Assembly: GCA_050633305.1 (NCBI GenBank)
Contig: JBOEGF010000009.1
Span: 228,573-292,572 of the forward strand
Length of the DNA: 64,000 nt
Source: Nannocystales bacterium
GTDB lineage: Bacteria > Myxococcota_A > Polyangia > Nannocystales > Nannocystaceae
Direction: 5' to 3'
This document shows positions 50,221-64,000 of the stretch, piece by piece. A model generated the notes under the pieces. The model was not told the origin of the DNA. It searched no databases and saw only the letters and a list, made by a program, of their open reading frames with translations. Made by a program: the position numbers and the translations under genes. The stretch's first letter is position 1. The number at the start of each line of letters is the position of its first letter.

Positions 50221-52080
50221 TTGAAGGTCCACCTCATCGGCGTCGCAGGCACTGGCATGGGTGCACTGGCTCAGCTCCTCCAAGCCGCTGGGCATGAAGT
50301 CCGGGGGTCAGACACCGGTATCTACCCGCCGATGTCCGATCAACTCGATGCCGCTGGCATCCCGGTGATGGTCGGGTTCCGAGCCGAAAACCTCGAGTGG
50401 GGTCCCGACTGCGTCGTCGTGGGCAACGTGTGCTCATCGAGCCACCCTGAGGTGGTCGCCGCCGAAGAAAAGCAGATCGCCCGCGAGAGCTTCCCGAGCA
50501 TGGTGGCGCGCGCGCTGCTTCCGACGCGGCACAGCCTGGTCGTCGCGGGGACCCACGGCAAGACCACGACCTCCAGCGTATGCGCTTGGCTGCTGGAGGC
50601 ATGCGGTATGGCGCCGTCGTACCTGATCGGCGGTGTTCCGCTGAACCTCGGTCGTGGCGCTGCGCTGCGCGAGGGCGGCCCCATTGTCTTGGAGGGCGAT
50701 GAGTACGACTCGGCCTTCTTCGACAAGGGCTCCAAGTTCCTTCACTACCAGCCGAAACGAGCGATCCTCACCGGGGTCGAGTACGACCACGTCGACATCT
50801 TCGACGACTTCGAGGCCATGCGAGAGACGTTCCGCAAGTTTGTGCGGACGATTCCCGAGGACGGAGACCTGATCGTCAATCAGGAGAACGCCGAAGCGAT
50901 GGGCGTGGCGGCGGAAGCCAGCTGCAACATCCTCACCTACCGCGTTCAGCCCGAGGGCGGCGACCCGATGGCGGCCGACTACACCGCCGTGATGTCGAGC
51001 GCCGAGGTGAAGCGCACCCGGTTTGAGGTCTTCGAGCACGGCGAGAGCCTCGGCGAGTTCTCCACCCAACTCGCCGGTGCATACAACGTCGGCAATGTGC
51101 TGGCCGCGATGGCGGTCGCGCGGCGGGAAGGGGCGAGCGCCGACGCCCTTCGCAGCGCCGTCTCTCGGTTCCGGGGGGTCAAGAAACGACAGGAACTCCT
51201 GGGCATCGCCGCGGGCGTGCGCGTGGTGGAGGACTTCGCCCACCACCCCACCGCGGTGCAGCTGACCGTCACCGCGTTGCGGAAGCGGTACCCGTCGAAG
51301 GCGCTTCACGTGTGCTTCGAGCCTCGGAGCAGCTCGTCGAGGCGCGCGGAGTTCTCTCAAGGCTACGTTCGCAGTTTCGACGCCGCCTCCGCGGTGTACG
51401 TGGCACCGGTGCACCGGCCGGACAAGGTCGCGGACGACCAGCGTCTGGACACCGAAGGGCTGGCCTCGGAGATTCAGGCCCGGGGGGTTCCGACCCGCGC
51501 CTACGCGGACATCGAGGCGCTGCGGGAAGCGGTGCTCGAGCGTGCCGTGCCCGGCGATACGGTCGTGATCCTCTCGTCAGGGGACTTCTCCGGGCTCGGA
51601 TCAAGCCTGCTGTTTGGCTTCGGAGACCCCGTCACGTTCGCGCGTCCGGACGATGCCGGGGCGATCTCCGGGCTCCTCGAGGGCTACGGTCAGCCCGGAA
51701 TCGTCGACGACCGTGATGTCGAGACGCTGGTCTTGCGAGCCCCCGGGAGTGTGGACGGCTGCGTGAGCCTGAGTCTGCGGGGCGAGTCAGCCTACCTCTT
51801 CGGCCTGGCGGTGGCCCCACAACGCCGAGGACAGGGCCTGGGTTGGGTGCTGGGCGACATCGTCCTTCGCCGTGCCCGTACCCTCGGCGCCAAGCGCTGC
51901 TATCTGCTGACCAACACCGCGACCGACTTTTTCGCGAGCAAGCTTGGGTTCTCGATGGTGCCGCTGGAGGATGTGGCATCCGAGGTTCGCGGCGGCGAGA
52001 ACTTCGCCGTCTCGGCGGCCTTGCCAGGTGCGGTCTGCATGGTATTGCGGCTGCACAGTTCGACTCGCGTCGAGTCTTGA
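50221..52080 (+). CDS. mpl: Murein peptide ligase (Mpl/MurC family) fused to a C-terminal GNAT acetyltransferase
   Basis: HLIGVAGTGMGALA, YPPMSDQL, GTHGKTTT, EGDEYDSAFFDK, DFAHHPTA, FEPRS, followed by LAVAPQRRGQGLG / YLLT / FF..LGF. Confidence 0.9.
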   Translation: MKVHLIGVAGTGMGALAQLLQAAGHEVRGSDTGIYPPMSDQLDAAGIPVMVGFRAENLEWGPDCVVVGNVCSSSHPEVVAAEEKQIARESFPSMVARALLPTRHSLVVAGTHGKTTTSSVCAWLLEACGMAPSYLIGGVPLNLGRGAALREGGPIVLEGDEYDSAFFDKGSKFLHYQPKRAILTGVEYDHVDIFDDFEAMRETFRKFVRTIPEDGDLIVNQENAEAMGVAAEASCNILTYRVQPEGGDPMAADYTAVMSSAEVKRTRFEVFEHGESLGEFSTQLAGAYNVGNVLAAMAVARREGASADALRSAVSRFRGVKKRQELLGIAAGVRVVEDFAHHPTAVQLTVTALRKRYPSKALHVCFEPRSSSSRRAEFSQGYVRSFDAASAVYVAPVHRPDKVADDQRLDTEGLASEIQARGVPTRAYADIEALREAVLERAVPGDTVVILSSGDFSGLGSSLLFGFGDPVTFARPDDAGAISGLLEGYGQPGIVDDRDVETLVLRAPGSVDGCVSLSLRGESAYLFGLAVAPQRRGQGLGWVLGDIVLRRARTLGAKRCYLLTNTATDFFASKLGFSMVPLEDVASEVRGGENFAVSAALPGAVCMVLRLHSSTRVES

Positions 52081-52150
52081 GAGGGCGGCGGGCTCTCGGT
52101 CGGGGCGTTGGTTCCTGGCCAGCATGGGATGGAGCCCGTGGTGGCTCGGG

Positions 52151-52179
52151 TTGACTCCGGTGGGGTCGCGTCCTAACGT
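52151..52179 (+). promoter_or_regulatory. Sigma70-type promoter of the nuo operon
   Basis: TTGACT-N17-TAACGT, 30 bp upstream of the nuoE start. Confidence 0.6.
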
Positions 52180-52209
52180 CCGCCGCAATTGCCAGGAGCC
52201 TGAGGCACC

Positions 52210-52746
52210 GTGACGGCGAAGCAGCTAACCCCCGAAATTGAGGCGTGGATTGAGCAGCGCTGGTCGCGTTTCCCCGAGGGGGCAGCAGGCAAGGCGCTCA
52301 CTCTGGGCGTATTGTATCAAGCCCAAGAAACGTTCGGGCACGTCGACACCGAGGTGATCGATGTCGTCGCGGATCGGCTGGGCGTCACGCCTGCGCATGT
52401 CCGCGGTGTTGCGACCTTCTATACGATGATCAACGAGCGTGACGTGGGGCGGTATCACCTCCAGGTCTGCACCAACATTGGCTGCATGCTCGATGGTGCC
52501 TACGAGATGTTCGATCGCTGCAAGGCGAGGCTCGGGGTTCAGAACAAAGGAACGACGCCCGACGGCAACGTGACCCTCTCCGAGGTCGAGTGCCTGGCGG
52601 CATGCGGCTATGGGCCCGTGGCTCAGATTGCCGAGCGCGGGAAACCCGAGATCCCGCTGTACTTCGAGCACCTCGACGAAAAGAAAGTCGATGCGATTCT
52701 CGATGCCCTCGAAGCGGGCAACGTGCCCACCGAGCTGGGGCGCTGA
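52210..52746 (+). CDS. nuoE: NADH-quinone oxidoreductase subunit E
   Basis: GVATFYTM, VCTNIGC, VECLAAC (2Fe-2S). Confidence 0.96.
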   Translation: MTAKQLTPEIEAWIEQRWSRFPEGAAGKALTLGVLYQAQETFGHVDTEVIDVVADRLGVTPAHVRGVATFYTMINERDVGRYHLQVCTNIGCMLDGAYEMFDRCKARLGVQNKGTTPDGNVTLSEVECLAACGYGPVAQIAERGKPEIPLYFEHLDEKKVDAILDALEAGNVPTELGR

Positions 52747-52761
52747 ACGACTGAGGCACCG

Positions 52762-54114
52762 ATGGCCGAGCACCTCAAGATCATCAGCACGCATTTCGAC
52801 GACCCGCAGGCGCGTCACCTCGACCACTACGAGACTCACGGCGGGTACCGCATGGCCCGCAAGTCCTCCTCCATGGCCCCCGCGGACATCCATGGCGAGG
52901 TCAAGACCTCCAACCTTCGTGGGCGGGGTGGGGCGGGGTTCCCCACCGGCGTGAAGTGGGGATTCGTTCCCAAGGATGCGCAGACCGTCTACCTCGTTGT
53001 CAACGCCGACGAGTCCGAGCCGGGGACCTTCAAGGACCGGCACATCCTCTATTGGAATCCCCACATGCTCCTCGAGGGCATGATCATTGCGGCGCGGTCG
53101 TTGGGGGTGCGCAATGCGTACATCTACATCCGCGGGGAGATGCAGCGCGAGTTTCGGGTGCTACAGGATGCCGTCGATCAGGCCTACGCCAAGGGCTACC
53201 TGGGCGAACGCATCTTCGGGTCGGACTTCGACCTGGACATCACCATCTGCCGGGGCCTGGGCGCGTACATCTGCGGGGAGGAGACTGCGTTGCTGTCCAG
53301 CCTCGAGGGGGGACGCGGCTGGCCGCGACTCAAGCCACCGTTTCCCGCGGTCAAGGGCCTGTGGGGACAGCCCACGATCGTCAACAACGTCGAGACCATC
53401 GCCAACCTGCCGTGGATTCTCGAACACGGCGGGCAAGCGTTTGCCGACCTCGGCGTGGGGCGCTCGGGCGGCCTTCGGCTCGTGTCGGTTTGCGGGCACG
53501 TCAACAAACCGGGCGTCTACGAGCTTCCGCTGACCGTCACCGGCAATGACCTCATCGAGATGTGTGGGGGAATGCGCGGTGGCAAGGCCGTCAAAGGCGT
53601 CATCCCCGGTGGTGTGTCGATGCCGGTGCTCACCGCGGACGAGCTCGATGTGCCGTTCGAGTTCGACGCGCTGCAAAACGACGAGCGCATCCGCGAGGTC
53701 GAGACCGCCCCAGGGGTGAAGTTTGACCTCGGCGGGGGCCGGACGCTGCGCACGATGGCGGGCTCGGGCGGTGTTGTGGTGATGGACGAGACGACGGACA
53801 TCACCAAGGCGGCGTGGCGGATCCTGCACTTCTTCGCGGACGAGAGCTGTGGTCAGTGCACACCGTGTCGTGAGGGCACCGGTTGGCTCGCCTCGGTCGC
53901 GCACCGGGTCGCCTTCGGGCACGGTCGTGCCGGCGACGTCGAGTTGATGGCATCGATCGCCGACGGCATTGCCGGCAACACGATCTGCGCCCTGGGGGAC
54001 GCGGCGGCTTGGCCCACGCTCGCGTTTCTCACCAAGTTCCGGTCCGAGTTCGAGGACAAGGTCAAGAACAGTCATGATTCGGCACCGGTGGGTGCTGCAG
54101 CAGGAGCCTCGTGA
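52762..54114 (+). CDS. nuoF: NADH-quinone oxidoreductase subunit F
   Basis: LRGRGGAGF, NADESEPG, YICGEETAL, SCGQCTPCREG, ICALG. Confidence 0.98.
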   Translation: MAEHLKIISTHFDDPQARHLDHYETHGGYRMARKSSSMAPADIHGEVKTSNLRGRGGAGFPTGVKWGFVPKDAQTVYLVVNADESEPGTFKDRHILYWNPHMLLEGMIIAARSLGVRNAYIYIRGEMQREFRVLQDAVDQAYAKGYLGERIFGSDFDLDITICRGLGAYICGEETALLSSLEGGRGWPRLKPPFPAVKGLWGQPTIVNNVETIANLPWILEHGGQAFADLGVGRSGGLRLVSVCGHVNKPGVYELPLTVTGNDLIEMCGGMRGGKAVKGVIPGGVSMPVLTADELDVPFEFDALQNDERIREVETAPGVKFDLGGGRTLRTMAGSGGVVVMDETTDITKAAWRILHFFADESCGQCTPCREGTGWLASVAHRVAFGHGRAGDVELMASIADGIAGNTICALGDAAAWPTLAFLTKFRSEFEDKVKNSHDSAPVGAAAGAS

Positions 54115-54932
54115 GCCTGAGTTTGCAAACCTTTGCCCCCGCAGGCGGCTCCGTGGAAGGAGCCTGGCCCGGTGAAGCGCCACCTCCGGGCGCGTTCTCG
54201 CAGCTTCTGACTGGCGTCTGGGACTTCCTCATCCACACGACCGGCGCCGAGTATCTGTTCTTCACCTTCGCGTTGCTCGCGGTGTTCTGTGCCGTGGTGA
54301 CCGTCTCGCATCGCAACCCCGTGGTGGCTGCGGTCTGGCTGGTCGGGTCCTTCTTCTGCGTAGCGGTCTGTTACGTGATGCTCAGCGCCACGTTCCTGGC
54401 TGCGCTGCAGGTGCTCGTCTACGCGGGCGCGATGATGGTGCTGTTCGTGTTCGTGGTGATGGTGCTCGATGTCGACGAGCGCGGCGCCGCCAAGCAGCCC
54501 CACACCCGAAAGTCCCGACGTTGGCCCTACTACGGCGCCACTGCGTTCCTCATTAGCTGCGTAGCCTGGGTGCTTTGGGGCACGCTCACCCGCCAGTTCC
54601 ACACCCCGGGTCGCACGATCGGGTCGGACTTCGGTACCGCCGAGTCGGTCGGTCGCGAGTTGTTCGGACCGGCGTTGTTCGCCTTCGAAGGGGTGTCGCT
54701 GCTGCTGTTGGCCTCCGTCATCGGCGCGGTGGTCGTGGCGCGCTCGCGCCGTGAACGTGTGAAGGAAGCGGTTGCACTGGGGACCTCCGACGAGGGGCTT
54801 CATCTCGCCGGGCTCGGCGCGGCCGACGATGATCCCGGAACGCCGGAACTCACCGATGCCGAAGTCCGAAGGCCGTCCCCCGCGATGGACTTCGGTCAGC
54901 CTTCCGCGGGCGGCCACGAAGGAGGCAACTGA
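54111..54932 (+). CDS. nuoJ: NADH-quinone oxidoreductase subunit J (N- and C-terminally extended)
   Basis: [29 protein letters not shown]. Confidence 0.93.
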   Translation: MSLSLQTFAPAGGSVEGAWPGEAPPPGAFSQLLTGVWDFLIHTTGAEYLFFTFALLAVFCAVVTVSHRNPVVAAVWLVGSFFCVAVCYVMLSATFLAALQVLVYAGAMMVLFVFVVMVLDVDERGAAKQPHTRKSRRWPYYGATAFLISCVAWVLWGTLTRQFHTPGRTIGSDFGTAESVGRELFGPALFAFEGVSLLLLASVIGAVVVARSRRERVKEAVALGTSDEGLHLAGLGAADDDPGTPELTDAEVRRPSPAMDFGQPSAGGHEGGN

Positions 54933-55234
54933 TGATCTCCATCACCGCGCCGCTGTACTTGGCGTTCGCCCTGTTCCTCATTGGCATGATCGGCGTGCTG
55001 GTGCGCCGCAACGTGCTCATCATGCTGATGAGTGTCGAACTCATGCTCAACGGCGCCAATGTGGCGCTCATCGCTTTCTCCCGGCTGTGGGGGAACCTGG
55101 ACGGCCAGGTCTTTGCGATGTTCGTCATTGGTGTCGCCGCGGCCGAAGCCGCGGTTGGCCTCGCCATCGTCGTCAGTCTTTTCCGCTCGCGAGCGAGCGC
55201 CGACGTCGACCAACTCACTGTGCTCAGGGATTGA
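54932..55234 (+). CDS. nuoK: NADH-quinone oxidoreductase subunit K
   Basis: [24 protein letters not shown]. Confidence 0.97.
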   Translation: MISITAPLYLAFALFLIGMIGVLVRRNVLIMLMSVELMLNGANVALIAFSRLWGNLDGQVFAMFVIGVAAAEAAVGLAIVVSLFRSRASADVDQLTVLRD

Positions 55235-55245
55235 ACGGACGACCC

Positions 55246-57605
<2,360 letters not shown>

Positions 57606-57609
<4 letters not shown>

Positions 57610-59336
57610 ACGACTTGCTTTCGCTTCTGCTCGTGCTTCCCCTGGTTGGGGCGGTCATCGTCGCGACCCTCCCGCAGAAAGAGACCAACCTCGCGAAGGG
57701 CGTTGGCCTGGGGTTGTCACTTCTGGTGTTTCTGGCCTCGCTCCCGTTGCTGACCGGCTTCGAGACGGGCGTCGCGGGCTACCAGTTCGAACAGAACGTG
57801 CCGTGGCTCGAAGACTTCGGCATCCACTATCATGTGGGCATCGACGGGTTCAGCCTGTGGATCATTCTGCTGACCACGCTGCTCACCCCGTTGTGCATCC
57901 TGGTCGGCTGGAACTCGATCCAAGAACGCGGGGCGGAGTTCGTCGCGGCCATGTTGGTCCTCGAAACCGGCATGATCGGGAGCCTGGTCTCGCTCGACCT
58001 CATCCTGTTCTTCACCTTCTGGGAGCTGATGCTCATCCCCATGCTGCTGATCATCGGTGTGTGGGGCAGCGAGCAACGCGTCGCGGCGTCGGTGAAGTTC
58101 TTCCTGTACACGATGCTCGGCTCCGCGTTGATGCTCGCGGCGATCATCTATCTGGCCGTCCAGCACTACAACGCCAGCGACGGCATTTGGACATTCGACC
58201 TCGTGGCGTTGCAGTCCGTGGTGCTCACGCCCGAGCAGCAGATGTGGTGCTTCTGGGCGTTCGCGATCAGCTTCGCCATCAAGGTGCCGCTGTTTCCGCT
58301 GCACACCTGGCTGCCCGACGCACACACTCAGGCTCCGACGCCGGGCTCCGTCATTCTCGCGGGCGTCTTGCTCAAGCTCGGCTCCTACGGCCTGATCCGC
58401 TTCGCGTTCCCGCTGTTCCCGTTGGCTGCAGGGGAGTGGGCTCAGACGCTGGCCATTCTCGCCGTCGTCGGCATCGTCTACGGCGCTCTGGTGGCCTGGG
58501 TGCAGACCGACGCCAAGCGCCTGGTCGCCTACTCGTCGGTGAGCCACATGGGCTTCATCGTTCTCGGCGTCGCAGGCTTCAGCGTGCAAGGGCTGACCGG
58601 CGCCACCTTCCAAAGCCTTGGGCACGGGCTCACCACCGGCGCGTTGTTCATGGCGATCGGCATGTTGTACGAGCGGCGGCACACTCGTCTGCTGTCCGAG
58701 TTCGGAGGCCTCGCCAAGGTGATGCCCTGGTTCACGGCGTGTTTCATGATCGCGATGCTGGGCTCGGTGGGCCTCCCCGGCCTGGTCGGCTTCGTGGGCG
58801 AGTTCCTGATCCTCGTGGGCACCTACACCCACGGCGGCATGATGCTGTACGAGCTCCCCGTGCTGATGGTCGTCGCTTGTAGCGGCGTGGTGCTGAGCGC
58901 CGTGTACCTGCTGCATCTGTTTCAGAAGCTGATGTTCGGCAAGATCACGCACCCACAAAACGAAGGCCTGCGGGACCTCAGCATCCGAGAAGCAGTCTGC
59001 TTCCTCCCGGTCCTGGCGTTGATCATCGGCATGGGTGTGTACCCCAAGCCCTTCATCGAACGCATCGACCCCACCTCCCAGGCCGCGGTCGAGGCGTTCA
59101 ACCTCAAGCGGTGCGTGTCGATTGTCGCCTCCGCGAACGAGCGCGCGGTCTTGATGGAGGACGCTACCGAGGCGATGGCCGCCTGTGCGACTCCGCAGAC
59201 CGCCAATGCCGTGATCGGACGGACCTACGGCGACACGCGTGCCGTGACCCAGCGCCGCAAGGTGCGGGAGGCAGCCCTCGAACGCGCAGCTGAGGCTCGT
59301 GCCGCGTCGGCGGATGCAGAAGGAGGCGCGCGATGA
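57606..59336 (+). CDS. nuoM: NADH-quinone oxidoreductase subunit M
   Basis: FWELMLIP, KVPLFPLHTWLPDAH, AYSSVSHMG, GLPGL.GFVGEF. Confidence 0.97.
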
Positions 59337-61486
59337 CCTCGTCGTTGCTGGCCTTGCTCGCCCCTGCTGCTCCGGCTGCGCTCGCGCCGTTGGAACCGTT
59401 GGGGCAGGGCGCGCAGACTCTGGCCGATCTGATGCATCTGGCACCGATGATGATCATCGCCTTGTGGGCGCTGCTCGATCTCGCGGCCGATGCGTACTCC
59501 GGACCCGGCACTCGAGCCTTCGAACGTCCTCTGTCCCTGGCGGGTCTGGGCTTTGCCGTGGTCGCCGTTGCGATGCAGCTGGGCGACCCCGCCTACGACG
59601 CAGGCATCGAGGTGTTCTCGGGCTTCCTGGTCGTGGACCACTTCGCGCTGTTGCTCGACGCGGCTGTCATCGGTGTGGTCGCCGCGACCGTGTTGTTCGC
59701 CGGTGACTTCGCTCGCTCGCATCGTTTCGAGTACGGCGAGCAAGAGGCCTTGCTGTTCATCGCGACGTTCGGGGTGATGGTGCTCAACCACGCCAACACG
59801 CTGCTCGCGGTGTTCCTCGGCATCGAGACGATGAGCATTGCGGTCTACGTGATGGTCGGCGCGCGGTGGAACTCCAAGCGCTCCTCTGAGGCAGCGCTGA
59901 AGTACTTCATCATGGGTGCGTTCGCCTCCGGGCTACTCGTGATGGGAATCGCACTCATCTACGGTGCGACGGGGACGGTCTCGCTTCCCGAAATCGGGGG
60001 GCGGATCAGCCCGTTGTTCACCGGGAAGGGCTCGTGGGGTGCCGCGATGCCGGAGGTCATTGGCCTGCATCAAGGCATGGCTGGCGCGGCCGCAAACGCG
60101 GCGCAGGACCGCGCGATTGTGGCGTTCGCCCCGATCGCGCTGCTCATCCCCGGCATCTTGCTCACGACGGGGGCGCTCCTCTTCAAGATCAGTGCGGTCC
60201 CGTTCCATATGTGGACGCCCGACGCGTACGACGGTGCGCCGACGCCGACCACCGCCTTCATGGCGTCCGCGGTCAAGATCGGCGGCTTTGCCGTCCTGCT
60301 CAAGTTCCTTGTCGTCACCCTCCAGACCTCGCGTCTGGTGCACCATCCCTACGGCTGGGCCACGATCGTCGGAGTCATCGCCATTGCGACGATGAGCGTG
60401 GGCAACTTGGCTGCGTTGCGGCAGACCAACGTCAAACGCATGCTCGCGTACAGCTCGGTGGCGCACGTGGGCTACCTGCTCATCGGGGTGATTGCTGCCG
60501 CGTTCTTCTACGTCGACAAAGCGGGCGGTCAGCTGACTGAGGTGGACCAGCTGCTCTGGGCGCGGGGCAACGGCAACCTCGCCCTGGCTTCGGTCTTGTA
60601 CTACCTGGTGACGTACTCCATCGCGACGATGGGGACGTTTGCCTGCGTCGCGTTCTACGGGGCGAACAAGAAAGAAGCGACCGGGATTCACGAGTGGGCG
60701 GGAATGGGCCGCCGTCACCCGGGCATCGCGTTGGGCATGACGATCTGCTTGCTGTCCCTGATGGGTATGCCGCCAGTCGCCGGTTTCTTCGGCAAGCTCG
60801 GTTTGTTCCGCGTTGCGATGACCAGTGGTGACCCTTTCCTTCGTTGGATGGTCATCATCGGGGTCGTGAACTCGGTCGTTGGCGCGGCGTACTACCTGCG
60901 CGTCATCGTTGCGATGTACTTCCGCAAGCCACCGGAGACGGAGGTCGAGGTCCTCGCCGGCGGAGGCGTTCGCACGGTCGTGGTGTTGGCGGCCGCGCTG
61001 AGCATCGCCGCGGGCGTTGGAGCCCGTCCGTTGATGGACCTGTGCCGAATCGCTGCGGCCGGGACAGGACACCGGGTCGGCGGAGAGTTCCGGCGGCAAG
61101 AGGTTCAGACCGTCCGCGATGCGATCGAGGCGCGGGGGGCAAAGCCTGAGCCCGAAGCCGAGGAGCCCGACCCCGAAGCCAAGGAGCCCGACCCTGAAGC
61201 CGAGGAGCCCGCCGCGGCGACACCAGCGGCCGTGGACGCGCCGAACGGCAAAGCCAAGCCCTCGCAAGACGCGGAGCCTCAGCCGGCGGCCAAGGCCAAC
61301 CCCAAGGCCGACGCCAAAGCCAAAGCCAAAGCCAAGCAGCCGAGCGAGGTTCCGCCGGCCGCGGGCAAAGAGGCGCCCAAGCCGGGCGGCCCTGCGAAAC
61401 CTGGCGATGCGCCGGCGCCAGAGAAGGGCGGGAAACCGACCGTACCCGCCGCTGTGGGCGGGGACGCAAAGCCGCCTGCACCCTGA
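59333..61486 (+). CDS. nuoN: NADH-quinone oxidoreductase subunit N with long P/A/K/E-rich tail
   Basis: EAALKYF, FKISAVPFHMWTPDAYDGAPTP, KRMLAYSSVAH, GMPP..GFFGK, YYLR. Confidence 0.96.
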   Translation: MTSSLLALLAPAAPAALAPLEPLGQGAQTLADLMHLAPMMIIALWALLDLAADAYSGPGTRAFERPLSLAGLGFAVVAVAMQLGDPAYDAGIEVFSGFLVVDHFALLLDAAVIGVVAATVLFAGDFARSHRFEYGEQEALLFIATFGVMVLNHANTLLAVFLGIETMSIAVYVMVGARWNSKRSSEAALKYFIMGAFASGLLVMGIALIYGATGTVSLPEIGGRISPLFTGKGSWGAAMPEVIGLHQGMAGAAANAAQDRAIVAFAPIALLIPGILLTTGALLFKISAVPFHMWTPDAYDGAPTPTTAFMASAVKIGGFAVLLKFLVVTLQTSRLVHHPYGWATIVGVIAIATMSVGNLAALRQTNVKRMLAYSSVAHVGYLLIGVIAAAFFYVDKAGGQLTEVDQLLWARGNGNLALASVLYYLVTYSIATMGTFACVAFYGANKKEATGIHEWAGMGRRHPGIALGMTICLLSLMGMPPVAGFFGKLGLFRVAMTSGDPFLRWMVIIGVVNSVVGAAYYLRVIVAMYFRKPPETEVEVLAGGGVRTVVVLAAALSIAAGVGARPLMDLCRIAAAGTGHRVGGEFRRQEVQTVRDAIEARGAKPEPEAEEPDPEAKEPDPEAEEPAAATPAAVDAPNGKAKPSQDAEPQPAAKANPKADAKAKAKAKQPSEVPPAAGKEAPKPGGPAKPGDAPAPEKGGKPTVPAAVGGDAKPPAP

Positions 61487-61569
61487 CGCGGGCTTTTGCG
61501 TCTCTTTCCGGCGCTCGCGTGCGAAATCCCGCCGCCGCCACCGGGACAGCCTGTTAGCGTTCGCCCGCG

Positions 61570-63123
61570 ATGAAGGAACTGCAGAGCTACTTGGGCGGGG
61601 CATGGATCAGCGGCAGCGGGTCTTCCAAAGAGGTGGTCAACCCCTCGACCGGCGAGACGCTGGCGACGCTGCGCAATGCGGGCAGCCTCGCCGAGGCGGT
61701 CGCGTACGCTCGGACCGTCGGTGGCAAGAACCTGCGCGCGATGACGCTTCCCGCGCGGGGCGAGATGCTCAAGGCGCTCGCGAAGCTGCTGCACGAGCAC
61801 CGCGAGGAGCTGTTGGACCTCTCCGTGGTCAGCGGGGGAAACACCCGCGGTGACGCGAAGTTCGATGTCGATGGCGCGACCGGGGTGCTCGGCGCCTACG
61901 CGTATCTCGCCAAGAGCTTGGGTGATGGACCCTGGATCTCGGTGTCGGAACCGGTCGAGATCATGCGCGGCTCGAAGATCAAGGCGCAGGACGTCTTGGT
62001 GCCTCGCCAAGGGGTCGCGTTCCACATCAACGCGTTCAACTTCCCCGCGTGGGGCATGGTGGGCAAGCTCGCGGTGGCGCTGCTTGCCGGGATGCCCGTG
62101 GTGTCCAAGCCCGGAACCAGCACGGTCGCGCTTGCGGCTCGCATCGGCGAGATCATCGTTGACTCGAAAATCCTTCCCGAAGGAGCGTTTTCGTTGCTGG
62201 TCGGTTCGGCCGGCGACCTGTTGGATCAGGTCCAGGGGCAAGACGTCATCGCGTTCACCGGTTCGGCCGACACCGGCCTCCGCATTCGCAGTCACGAGGC
62301 CGTCATGCGTAGCGGCGCTCGTGTCAATGTCGAGGCTGACAGCCTCAACTCCGTCATCGTCGGTCCCGACGTGGAGCCCGGCTCCGAGTTGTTCGACCTG
62401 CTCGTCCGAGACTGCGTCACCGAGCTCACGCAGAAGGCCGGCCAGAAGTGCACCGCAACCCGTCGTATCCTGGTGCCACAGAGCGCGCTTGAGTCCGTTC
62501 GCGAGGCGCTGTTGGAGCGGCTGGGCGACATTGCGGGGCGGACCGGCGATCCCAAGCAAGACGGCGTGCGCATGGGGCCGTTGTCGACACGCGGACAGCT
62601 CGAGGACGCCCGGAAGGGAGTCGCCGCGCTCGAGACCCATGCTCGCCGGATCCTCGGCGATCCCGAGCGCACTGACTTCGGCGGCGCCCAGGGGTACTTC
62701 TTGGAGCCTGTGCTGCTCGAAGCCACGGCCGAGGCAGCCAAGGACCCCAGTTCGCAGTTTCACCAGCGTGAGGTGTTCGGACCGGTGGCGACGCTGCTGC
62801 CCTACGACGGTACGGTCGAAACCGCAGCGGCGATCATCGCGGCGGGTCAGGGGAGTCTGGTCAGCACGCTGTACACGGACGACCGAGGTTTCGCCGCGAC
62901 GGCTGTGGCCGAGATGGCGCCGCACCTGGGGCGGCTCGTCGTTGCATCCGAGAAATCGGCGCCCGCGTCGATCAGCCCCGGATGCGTCTTCCCGGTCGTC
63001 GTGCACGGCGGACCGGGCCGCGCCGGTGGGGGGGCGGAGCTTGGCGGGATCACCGGGCTCGCCTTGTACATGCAGCGCACGACCATTCAGGGCGGCGGCA
63101 GCCAGCTCGCGCGTATGCTGTGA
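61570..63123 (+). CDS. Aldehyde dehydrogenase, BoxD (3,4-dehydroadipyl-CoA semialdehyde dehydrogenase)/PaaZ N-domain family
   Basis: HINAFNFPAWG, FTGSADT, EADSLN, KAGQKCTA, EVFGP, HGGPGRAGGG.ELGG. No MaoC domain. Confidence 0.9.
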   Translation: MKELQSYLGGAWISGSGSSKEVVNPSTGETLATLRNAGSLAEAVAYARTVGGKNLRAMTLPARGEMLKALAKLLHEHREELLDLSVVSGGNTRGDAKFDVDGATGVLGAYAYLAKSLGDGPWISVSEPVEIMRGSKIKAQDVLVPRQGVAFHINAFNFPAWGMVGKLAVALLAGMPVVSKPGTSTVALAARIGEIIVDSKILPEGAFSLLVGSAGDLLDQVQGQDVIAFTGSADTGLRIRSHEAVMRSGARVNVEADSLNSVIVGPDVEPGSELFDLLVRDCVTELTQKAGQKCTATRRILVPQSALESVREALLERLGDIAGRTGDPKQDGVRMGPLSTRGQLEDARKGVAALETHARRILGDPERTDFGGAQGYFLEPVLLEATAEAAKDPSSQFHQREVFGPVATLLPYDGTVETAAAIIAAGQGSLVSTLYTDDRGFAATAVAEMAPHLGRLVVASEKSAPASISPGCVFPVVVHGGPGRAGGGAELGGITGLALYMQRTTIQGGGSQLARML

Positions 63124-63141
63124 TTGGTGGCGGCGTCCTCC

Positions 63142-64000
<859 letters not shown>

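Noticed and set aside
54772..55245. 945-aa NuoL as called in the ORF track
   Set aside because: The N-terminal extension overlaps nuoJ and nuoK in another frame; the likely start is the ATG at 55246. Similar over-extended starts were trimmed for several other genes.

Overview
High-GC chromosomal window with about 48 genes. I infer a myxobacterium (Myxococcota, Nannocystaceae-like) from the gene content: Cys-rich lipoproteins, a DUF1592/DUF1552 pair, a tandem Ser/Thr kinase, DUF4388, PilZ proteins and the mfd-SurA-SurA order. Core genes are mfd, two SurA/parvulin-like chaperones, dacB, fumC, hemD, mnmG, mpl (fused to a GNAT domain) and a partial complex I operon nuoEF-JKLMN. Accessory blocks are the start of a MoxR operon, an HxlR-ADH-GST-AhpD redox cassette, an HTH/beta-propeller/DUF899 cassette with a repeated TTGTTACT motif, signalling genes, a 6-TM channel, twin 25-Cys lipoproteins and a DUF4331-DUF4331-TPR operon. 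The most unusual element is a Rieske / cytochrome b-c(3) locus at 36287-40946. Its cytochrome b keeps the heme bL ligands and the PEWY Qo motif but appears to have lost both heme bH histidines and a bH-packing glycine. It carries a third cytochrome c on a long flexible tether and is followed by a tetraheme protein with a degenerate phosphoesterase-like domain. The second most unusual element is a channel joining a voltage-sensor-like domain to a CASTOR/POLLUX-type (DPGN) pore and tandem RCK domains. I saw no rRNA, tRNA, CRISPR array or mobile element. All family calls come from motif recognition by eye, not database searches, and several start codons are best guesses.
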